This document shows positions 23,879 to 31,189 of a DNA stretch of 31,189 bases, piece after piece. The position numbers and the translations under genes are program-made. Source of the stretch: an uncultured Flavobacteriaceae bacterium (lineage in GTDB: Bacteria; Bacteroidota; Bacteroidia; B-17B0; Aurantibacillaceae); the NCBI GenBank assembly GCA_964416235.1, contig CAYQDP010000001.1:1-31189 (forward strand). Direction: 5' to 3'. Position 1 is the first letter of the stretch. The number at the start of each line of letters is the position of its first letter. The notes beneath the pieces are model-generated. The model ran no database searches. It was not told where the DNA came from and was given only the letters and a program-made list of their open reading frames with translations.

Positions 23879-25906
23879 GTGAGTTTAAGAGCACTAATAT
23901 TCCTTTTATTACCCTTTTTGTCTTTTGGTCAGAAGCTAAAAGACACACTGGAAAGCAATTCTGTAGAAGAGGTTGTTATTACCGGCACGCTAAAGGAAAT
24001 TAGTAAAGACGATAGCCCGGTAAATATCGACATTATTACGCCTAAACTTTTCCAGAAAACAGCCACACCTAATTTGTTTGAGGCTACTTCATTAGTCAAC
24101 GGAGTAAAACCACAAATTAATTGTAATGTGTGTAATACCGGCGATATTCATATAAACGGAATGGAGGGTCCGTATACACTTATTTTAATTGACGGGATGC
24201 CTATTGTTAGCGGACTGTCCTCAGTATATGGTTTAATGGGAATTCCGGCAAGTATGATTGAGCGATTGGAAATTGCAAAAGGTCCGGCCGGTGCGCTTTA
24301 CGGTTCGGAAGCGATGGGAGGAACAATAAATTTAATTACCAAAAACGCATCGCTTGCACCAAAGTTTTATGCCGATTATTTCGGAACTTCTTATCTCGAA
24401 AACAATTTAGACATTAGCACCAAATTAAAATTGGGAAATAAAGCGAGCTGGCTAATCGGCGCCAATGCCTATTGGTACGATACACCTTCCGACATTAACA
24501 ACGATGGCTTTACCGATGTGACGTTGCAAAAACGTATCTCCGGTTTTAATAAAATTAATTTTAACAGGAAAGAAAATCGCGAAGCAAGCATTGCCGCTCG
24601 GTATGTTTATGAAGACCGTTGGGGCGGACAAATGAATTGGGATAAAAACTTCAGAGGAGGTGACAGTATTTACGGAGAAAGTATTTTCACCAATCGCGCT
24701 GAGGTAATTGCAAAATATCAATGGCCGGTTAACGATAGAATTATTACGCAACTATCCTATAATTTACATGATCAGGATTCTTATTACGGTACCACACCAT
24801 TTATGGCGTTTCAGTCAACGGCGTTTGCGCAAACCTACTGGAATAAGTCAGTAGGAAGAAAGAAGCGCCATGATATGTTAATCGGACTCGCTTATAAAAA
24901 TTTATGGTATGATGACAGTACACCAATAACAGAAGTAAACGAACAATCGCACACAGCAGGTTTATTTCTTCAAGACGAAATCACGTTAGATTCCCTTAGT
25001 AAACACAAACTATTGTTAGGATTCAGGGGCGACTATAACAACGTGTATAATTTTATTCCCTCTCCGCGCATCGCGTATAAGTGGGCACCGTCATATAAAT
25101 TTATTTTTCGTTTAAATGCAGGTACCGGATTCAGAATTGTAAATGTGTTTACCGAAGATCACGCCGCATTAACAGGCGCGCGCAAAGTGGAGTTCGTAGA
25201 TAAAATCAAACCGGAACAATCCTATAACACAACGCTTAATTTTATTTATAAAATGAAGGTGAGCGCAGCTTCTATGATTGTTTGGGACGCTTCTGTTTTT
25301 TATTATTACTTTACGAATAAAATTGTAGCTAACTACGATTTAAATCCCGATAAAGTAATTTACAACAATCTCACCGGTTACGCGTATTCACAAGGCGCAT
25401 CATTAAATGCATCGTTGGCTAGTCCGGGAAATTTTAAGTTTAATATTGGTGCAACGTATTCAGATGTTCAAAACATCAACAAAGATTCAAGCGGCAAACA
25501 AGTGGCATCGTGGCAACTGCAATCACCGCGATGGAGTGGAAATATTATCATAGGATACAATATTCCAAAACACAATGTAAAGTTGGATATCACCGGAAAT
25601 TGGTATGGTCCGCAGCGTTTACCGATTTTACCAAAAGATTACCGACCACAATACTCGCCGTGGTTTTGTTTACTCAACGCGCAAGTATCAAAAACAGTAA
25701 AGGATAAATTTGAAGTTTATGTCGGAGCCAAGAATATTTTAAATTTTATTCCTCAAAATCCAATCATGCGGCCTCAAGATCCTTTTGATAAATCAGCGAA
25801 TGATGCAAGCACAAATCCAAATGGCTATACGTTCGATCCTTCATACAATTACGCGCCTATACAAGGTTTACGTTTTTACGTTGGTTTTCGTTTAACACTT
25901 AATTAG
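23879..25906 (+). CDS. TonB-dependent receptor with CxxC motif in the plug domain
   Basis: EEVVITGT TonB-box region, INCNVCNTGDIHINGMEG, IERLEIAKGPAGALYGSEAMGGTINLITK, and terminal RFYVGFRLTLN. A GTG start at 23879 gives a clean signal peptide (MSLRALIFLLLPFLSFGQ); the track's TTG at 23864 lies upstream of the -7 box. Confidence 0.88.
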   Translation: MSLRALIFLLLPFLSFGQKLKDTLESNSVEEVVITGTLKEISKDDSPVNIDIITPKLFQKTATPNLFEATSLVNGVKPQINCNVCNTGDIHINGMEGPYTLILIDGMPIVSGLSSVYGLMGIPASMIERLEIAKGPAGALYGSEAMGGTINLITKNASLAPKFYADYFGTSYLENNLDISTKLKLGNKASWLIGANAYWYDTPSDINNDGFTDVTLQKRISGFNKINFNRKENREASIAARYVYEDRWGGQMNWDKNFRGGDSIYGESIFTNRAEVIAKYQWPVNDRIITQLSYNLHDQDSYYGTTPFMAFQSTAFAQTYWNKSVGRKKRHDMLIGLAYKNLWYDDSTPITEVNEQSHTAGLFLQDEITLDSLSKHKLLLGFRGDYNNVYNFIPSPRIAYKWAPSYKFIFRLNAGTGFRIVNVFTEDHAALTGARKVEFVDKIKPEQSYNTTLNFIYKMKVSAASMIVWDASVFYYYFTNKIVANYDLNPDKVIYNNLTGYAYSQGASLNASLASPGNFKFNIGATYSDVQNINKDSSGKQVASWQLQSPRWSGNIIIGYNIPKHNVKLDITGNWYGPQRLPILPKDYRPQYSPWFCLLNAQVSKTVKDKFEVYVGAKNILNFIPQNPIMRPQDPFDKSANDASTNPNGYTFDPSYNYAPIQGLRFYVGFRLTLN

Positions 25907-27036
25907 TGTCTTCTGCCACCACCTCCGCCACCGGATGGCCGTTGAGCAGGAACTCCGCCGCCTTTAGGAGGTGCCATTTTAACAGGAGGAGGTTTCGGAT
26001 TTGATTTTGGCATCATCGGTTGCTTCTGAGGTGCTGGCTTAACAGGAACGTTACTTCCCGGGTTTACTTGCTTTACAGGACCGTTTGGTTTACCTGGATG
26101 CGGGGCATTAAATCCTGGGTTAGGTCTACCGACCGTAGGTTTACCTAAATCAGGTCGGCTGTAAGTGTTTTTGAAAGTTCCTGTATTTTTTCTTTCCATG
26201 TAATTAGCGGAAACCGAACGGCGTTCTTCGTAATATTTCGGATAAGTTTTAGAATAGCAAAACGGTGCAGGATGATAATAGTAATGATGGTGATAGAAAT
26301 GGTGATGATGATAATGCCAATAATAGTTGTGCCAAAATAATGGTTTCCACGGATTCCACCATCCCGGATAGTAACCCCAGTACCAAGGCGAAGCATATAC
26401 AACATAAGCCGGAGAATAAATATGATGAACAATCACCCATTGATTAACCGGAGGAACAGGCTTAGTATCTTCTTCTGATTTGTTGGAGTTATCTGAATTG
26501 TAATAATTATTTACGGTGTTGTTGATGATAACGGTTTTGCCGTCAGCCGAAACAGTAGTATCGGAGGTTTTATTGCTTTTAGCAGGAGCAGCTTGTGCAG
26601 AGTTCTTCTTTCCTGCATTATCATCGTTCGGCTCTATAATATAATCTTTACCGTATAGTTCGGGGTCACCAACTACTTGAACTTTTGTTTTTCCATTTGC
26701 GTCTTTGTCAACTGTAATTACAGCAAGATCTTGTTTTTCTGTTTTACTTACATCAACCTGTAAAGTTATCAAATGTGAGTCGCCCTCTTTACTATCCAGA
26801 ATTTTTATATAGTCTGTTTTGTCGTCATTATTCAAATCCAAATTATTGATTTTGGAATCCTCTGCATTTAATGTTTTTTCAAAAGCCTCAAGAGTTGGCG
26901 ATTCACGGAAAACATCCAACACCGCGTAGAGGTTTAAATTGTCACCGGGCAAACCTAAAGAGTCACCGGGCTGTTTGGTTTGTGATACTGCATTAATAAC
27001 CGGCAGTAAAAACAGAAACGCAATTACTTTTTTCAT
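25903..27036 (-). CDS. Exported protein: EF-hand-like Ca loop, Tyr/Trp/His-rich segment, Pro/Gly-rich tail
   Basis: Signal peptide, DLNNDDKTD loop, WHNYYWHYHHHHFYHHHYYYH, and a PGKPNGP...GGGGGRRH tail. Confidence 0.8.
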   Translation of the reverse strand: MKKVIAFLFLLPVINAVSQTKQPGDSLGLPGDNLNLYAVLDVFRESPTLEAFEKTLNAEDSKINNLDLNNDDKTDYIKILDSKEGDSHLITLQVDVSKTEKQDLAVITVDKDANGKTKVQVVGDPELYGKDYIIEPNDDNAGKKNSAQAAPAKSNKTSDTTVSADGKTVIINNTVNNYYNSDNSNKSEEDTKPVPPVNQWVIVHHIYSPAYVVYASPWYWGYYPGWWNPWKPLFWHNYYWHYHHHHFYHHHYYYHPAPFCYSKTYPKYYEERRSVSANYMERKNTGTFKNTYSRPDLGKPTVGRPNPGFNAPHPGKPNGPVKQVNPGSNVPVKPAPQKQPMMPKSNPKPPPVKMAPPKGGGVPAQRPSGGGGGGRRH

Positions 27037-27130
27037 AGAATTACTTTGTTAAGTAAAGATAAATCAATGAGCTTCCTGAATTTGTTAAGAAATGTAATAA
27101 TTGACCAAAATCAGATAAGTGGTAAGCTTT

Positions 27131-30100
27131 TTACCATAATTGGTAATCAAGAACAGTGTTTTCCATGCGGTATGTTGGGGTTTGTTTTCCCCCTGAGAGA
27201 TTGTTTACTTCTTCCGCGACATACTTTTGCAGCTCACTTAATACTACTTTCTTATCATGATTTAAATCAGCCTTAAAATTGTTTAAGCCTTCCAACACAC
27301 AATGTGTAAATAATCCGTTCTTCCATTTCTCTCCTTCAAAAGCAGCTTCTGTTCCTCCGGCTGATGAGATAATTGTAGCGCCTGAATTTTGTCTTAAGTC
27401 GGAGAAAATGGCTTTCGACATTTCCATGGCTGTAGTTTGTGTAAAAGCTTTTCCTGCAATACGCACATCGCGTCCGTCTTTATTTTTCTTTTCTTCTCCA
27501 CCTTCCTCATTAAAGATATCTTCATCAACCTCTCCGCTAAAACAAGCATCAATAAACATTAATTTTCTGATTGGTTTCATTTTGGTAAATAATTTTTCGA
27601 ATTCTTTAAACGCAACCGAATTAATTTTCGGATCAGAAAAATCAGTATAATAAGTAGGAAAGTAATAGCTTAAATCTTCGTCTAAATAACCATGTCCCGC
27701 AAAAAACACCATCACCACATCATTAATGTTGGCTTTATCAAAAAACGTTTTTAATTGCTTCACAGAATCGGTTGTAAAAGATTGATTAAATAGTTTTTTG
27801 ATTTCTATTTTACCAAACGACTTTGAATTACTCATCATGTTGGCCATATCGCTGGCATCTTTTACGGCGTAAGACAAATCAAAATCAGTATTCTTAAATT
27901 TTTCGGAGGCTACCACAACCATGTAAAGATTAGGCTTCACTTCTTTGGTATTATTGTAGAGTCTTACTGTACGCGGACTCTCCAATCCGTTTTCATCGCG
28001 GGCAATAAATTCAAACCGATTGATACCGGAGGCCGTTTCCAATGAAATTGTTTTTTCATAGTGAGATGCCGAGGACTCATTGATGCTTTCAATAAACACC
28101 TGCGTGCCGTTGTTCAGCACAGCAATTTGTTTCAACTTACCTAGCCCTTTATTTAAACTAATCGAAAAATTAATTTTACCCGCACTCTCTTCGTTAAGAT
28201 TTATGTATTGAAAATCGGGATGTGCCGTGAAATTAATTTTACTTCCGGGAGCAATCCCTAAAACTTTCATACGCTTGGTGTATGCTGTTTCATAAGCCTT
28301 AATTAAAGCACTATCACCGCAGCCGAAGGAACGAAGTACTTGATGCGGCTGATTTAAGTAAGCATCGAACTGTTCAAAGCTGAACATTTCACTTTTATAT
28401 TTAAAGCGCATGTTTTTAATAAAATCTTTAGAGCCCATGTAGTGTAATTCCGGAGTAATTATAAAGTAATTATCATTTAATGCGTTCGCAATTTGTCCGA
28501 TTACTTTTTTGTTTTTAAGATCGATGAATGTTGCCAGGGAGGTTGACATTCCGGTTACAATCACTTTATCTTGTTCTTCAATAAAAAAACATTTTGGCAT
28601 TAAAATATTGCTTTCACTTAAATCATACACCTCTTCGGCATTGCTGTTATAAATTTTAAATTGCTTGCCAAGAGCATCACTCAAGGCAAAGAACTTTCCG
28701 TTTTCGCTCGTAGCATGAAAAGGAATAATGTCAGGGGTTTTCGCAAGAGTTTTTGTAAATAACTCTTTTCCGCTTTCAGTTTCGTATTCGGAGTAAACAG
28801 TTTCTTTATACTCACTGTTGTAATTGGCAATGTCGTATTTGATATACCAAATGCCAATTTTTTTACCGCCTTCTTTTAAAAGAAAATCATATGGATAATA
28901 CGACTCTGCGTAATCACGAACGATTTTTTTGCTAACCATATCTATTTTTACAATAGCATTGGTGGGCACTTCGCTTTCATAACCATTAAAGTTTTTCTTT
29001 TTATTGATTTGGGCTGAGGTATAAATAGATTTATTATCCGGACTAATTATAACAGGCGCCGTCATCGACCAGGTCTGGCTTTCAAATTCAGTAGCTTTTG
29101 TTTTACGATTAATGATTTTGTAATTACCTGAGCCGGGAACAAACACCAGGTCTTTAGTAAATGAAATGATTTTATAAATGTTGTTAGCGGCCAGAGAAAA
29201 CATACCCTCGTATTTTTCTTCCGCCATTGTTTTTAAATTAATAATATGCAAAGAGGTAAAATCAGCATAATAGAACTCTCCATTTTTAAATCCGCTTGTA
29301 GAAGCGGTGATATTTTTTTTGATGGTCCGCGTATATTTTTTCTTCGCAATATTGTAGATGTTGAGATTAAAATTTGGATAGGCCTTTCCTGAATTCACAA
29401 CAATTTCAGAATCGTTGAGAAAAAACAAACCATATACAAGAGAAGTGTCGTTATTGCTGATGTCTTTTATCTCGGCGTATTTACTAAAGTTATTTAAGTC
29501 CCAAAGATTTGCTGTGTTAAAGCCTTTGGTGTATAACCAATGTTTGTTCGGGCTTACATCCGCAACGTAAATGGGATTATCCATTGCGGCGCGTTCAGAA
29601 ATAATTTGCATGTTATCAGGTCGGTACACGCGCAATGCTTTGTAAGATGTAAATCCATTCGTAATAAGACGACGACCTTCAGAGGAAAACTTCAGATTAG
29701 TAAAAATGCCTTCAGTTGTTTTTACTAATGTTTTTTTCGGCATGTCAACAAACTTGATGCCTTTCATGGTAAGGCAAACTAACTGAGAGGTGCCTGGCCA
29801 TAGGTCCATATCATAAATATAATCGTCAGCCAGTGTCTTTTCATCAACATTAGTGCTCAGTGCCCTGGGCTTCCGTAAATATTGTTGTTGAGTTGTGTTG
29901 TAGTAGGCCGTGTATTTTTTTGGCATCATAACTTCATAAACAACTTTATTGTTCGTTAAATTAAGCGCAAAAAAATTATCTGATGTCGCACACATCAAAA
30001 GGGAATCTCTGATTTTATATTTACTGACGCTTCCTATATCTTCAATAACAGTTGTTGTTTGGGTTAAATTACTTAATGATTGTTTTATAATGGACGTTAC

Positions 30101-30676
30101 CGTTCCGGATGATTTTGCTAAGATGGCTTCCTCTCCTTTGATGTATGGAGCAGCATGATACATATAATCGGCTACAGGAAACGCATGAGAGCTTACCGCC
30201 TTTTTATTTTCAAAATCGTAGATAAGCGTAAAGGTGCCAACACTTACATAAATTAGATTTCCTTTCCCTGTAAAGAAACAACCGCTAATGTGAAGAGCAC
30301 CATAGTACTCGCTGTTTGGAAGTCCTTTTATTAATTCGGCACTATTGGTTTTGAAAACAGTTTGAAGCTTTTGGTCTTTAAATGAAAAAATGACAAGCTC
30401 GTTGTTGGCGCAAACCATCAGCAAATCACCTGTACGATTAATGGATAAGTTTTTTGCAAGATAGGGCAGATCAATTTCATCAATAACCTCGGATGTTTCT
30501 GTATTAAATATTGTAAGAGCATTGGAGCATACCGCAAAGTTCTTTTCACCGGGCAGAAACTGAACAAAATCAAAATAGCTATAACCAAAATCCTTCGGAA
30601 TTATAATTTTTATATCCTTTAATTGAGAAAAGGCAAATAAAGGAACTAGAAATAGTAAAAGGAATAATTTCCGCAT
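27131..30676 (-). CDS. Exported beta-propeller (WD40-like) + caspase-like (C14) protease
   Basis: Signal peptide MRKLFLLLFLVPLFAFSQ and repeated short beta-strand blades. Caspase domain with FFAGHG (His995), FIDACFSG (Cys1045), NGLFT and QTP. No T9SS CTD at the C-terminus. Confidence 0.85.
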   Translation of the reverse strand: MRKLFLLLFLVPLFAFSQLKDIKIIIPKDFGYSYFDFVQFLPGEKNFAVCSNALTIFNTETSEVIDEIDLPYLAKNLSINRTGDLLMVCANNELVIFSFKDQKLQTVFKTNSAELIKGLPNSEYYGALHISGCFFTGKGNLIYVSVGTFTLIYDFENKKAVSSHAFPVADYMYHAAPYIKGEEAILAKSSGTVTSIIKQSLSNLTQTTTVIEDIGSVSKYKIRDSLLMCATSDNFFALNLTNNKVVYEVMMPKKYTAYYNTTQQQYLRKPRALSTNVDEKTLADDYIYDMDLWPGTSQLVCLTMKGIKFVDMPKKTLVKTTEGIFTNLKFSSEGRRLITNGFTSYKALRVYRPDNMQIISERAAMDNPIYVADVSPNKHWLYTKGFNTANLWDLNNFSKYAEIKDISNNDTSLVYGLFFLNDSEIVVNSGKAYPNFNLNIYNIAKKKYTRTIKKNITASTSGFKNGEFYYADFTSLHIINLKTMAEEKYEGMFSLAANNIYKIISFTKDLVFVPGSGNYKIINRKTKATEFESQTWSMTAPVIISPDNKSIYTSAQINKKKNFNGYESEVPTNAIVKIDMVSKKIVRDYAESYYPYDFLLKEGGKKIGIWYIKYDIANYNSEYKETVYSEYETESGKELFTKTLAKTPDIIPFHATSENGKFFALSDALGKQFKIYNSNAEEVYDLSESNILMPKCFFIEEQDKVIVTGMSTSLATFIDLKNKKVIGQIANALNDNYFIITPELHYMGSKDFIKNMRFKYKSEMFSFEQFDAYLNQPHQVLRSFGCGDSALIKAYETAYTKRMKVLGIAPGSKINFTAHPDFQYINLNEESAGKINFSISLNKGLGKLKQIAVLNNGTQVFIESINESSASHYEKTISLETASGINRFEFIARDENGLESPRTVRLYNNTKEVKPNLYMVVVASEKFKNTDFDLSYAVKDASDMANMMSNSKSFGKIEIKKLFNQSFTTDSVKQLKTFFDKANINDVVMVFFAGHGYLDEDLSYYFPTYYTDFSDPKINSVAFKEFEKLFTKMKPIRKLMFIDACFSGEVDEDIFNEEGGEEKKNKDGRDVRIAGKAFTQTTAMEMSKAIFSDLRQNSGATIISSAGGTEAAFEGEKWKNGLFTHCVLEGLNNFKADLNHDKKVVLSELQKYVAEEVNNLSGGKQTPTYRMENTVLDYQLW

Positions 30677-30680
30677 AATG

Positions 30681-30708
30681 TAAAAGTATCAAATAATTTT
30701 TATCTTTA
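30681..30708. promoter_or_regulatory. Back-to-back -7-like elements in a 36-bp divergent gap
   Basis: TACTTTTA (minus, 30688-30681) and TATCTTTA (plus, 30701-30708), each 4 nt from an ATG; both end in A rather than the consensus G. Confidence 0.55.
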
Positions 30709-30712
30709 ATCT

Positions 30713-31189
30713 ATGTTAAAACGCATCTGTTATTTACTTTTATTTCTTCCGTTTTTCTTAAGGGCTCAGTATCCCGCTCAACCCTCTAATTATGTAACAG
30801 ATGAGGCCGGCGTAATGAATGCAGAACAGCAAAACGAGTTGAACGCTAAGTTACGCGCATTTGAAGACAGTACGAGCAATCAGATATTTGTATACGTCAC
30901 TGCCAGTTTAAACGGCGCCGATTTACAGAGTCTCTCGCAAGAAATATTTCACAATTGGAAAATAGGCAAAGAGGGTAAAAACAACGGTGTGCTTATAGCG
31001 GTTTTTGTTGACGACCGAAAATTCAGAATACAAACAGGATACGGGATGGAGGGCGTATTACCGGATTTATTAACGAAGCGCATCCAAGACGAGTACATGC
31101 GTCCGTATTTTAAAGAAAAGGATTATTACTCCGGCATCAACGCAGGGATTGACCAACTTATTTACTATAGTAAACACGAATATAAGCCT
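30713..31189 (+). CDS. TPM domain (YgcG/DUF477) protein, 3'-truncated; not in ORF track
   Basis: Manual translation MLKRICYLLLFLPFFLRAQYPAQPSNYVTDEAGVM...FEDSTSNQIFV...WKIGKEGKNNGVLI...RIQTGYGMEGVLPD; open to the window end. Confidence 0.9.
   Translation, partial: MLKRICYLLLFLPFFLRAQYPAQPSNYVTDEAGVMNAEQQNELNAKLRAFEDSTSNQIFVYVTASLNGADLQSLSQEIFHNWKIGKEGKNNGVLIAVFVDDRKFRIQTGYGMEGVLPDLLTKRIQDEYMRPYFKEKDYYSGINAGIDQLIYYSKHEYKP

Noticed and set aside
26145-26447. Ile/Thr-repeat and Asp-repeat ORFs
   Set aside because: Shadow frames of the His/Tyr-rich codon run of the 377-aa gene.
3342-29728. Short alternative-frame or antisense ORFs in the track (e.g. 3342, 4999, 6130, 9331, 10861, 16358, 19550, 20683, 24452, 27279, 29540)
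   Set aside because: All are nested in or antisense to well-supported genes and lack motifs or start contexts.
1-31189. CRISPR array, tRNA/rRNA, IS element, prophage; GC-skew switch
   Set aside because: No spaced repeats, cloverleafs, transposase or phage genes were seen. GC skew cannot be computed reliably by eye, so it is not claimed.

Overview
A 31-kb chromosomal segment from a Bacteroidota bacterium. The assignment rests on three type IX secretion (T9SS) C-terminal domains, TAnnTTTG -7 promoter boxes, A-rich start regions without Shine-Dalgarno sequences, and a DUF5606 gene. The left end looks origin-proximal: mnmG (5'-truncated) and a SAM methyltransferase carry three parS-consensus sites, followed by a ~515-bp non-coding region with an AT-rich core flanked by an iterated TTAGTTAAGG motif (candidate oriC; I found no canonical DnaA boxes). 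Next is a minus-strand cluster of three small exported proteins (one, 53 aa, is missing from the ORF track), an XRE regulator, a membrane-anchored MtfA-like metallopeptidase and pepP, transcribed divergently from a 333-aa HTH regulator. A housekeeping block follows (DUF5606, gmk, rplU, rpmA, serS, lipoprotein, ybeY), then a T9SS gingipain-fold (C25) protein whose His/Cys dyad positions read Cys/Ser, an M1 aminopeptidase and an MFS transporter. A phosphate/metal acquisition cluster comes next: a T9SS PhoX-like protein, a FecA-like TonB receptor, a DtxR/MntR regulator whose primary metal site is degenerate (Q105/N106) but which has a perfect operator and a Cys-rich tail, a TonB receptor with CxxC in its plug, and a His-rich exported protein. 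The window ends with an exported beta-propeller/caspase-like protease and a 3'-truncated TPM-domain gene. I saw no tRNA, rRNA, CRISPR array or mobile element. All family assignments come from motif recognition by eye; no database search was run.
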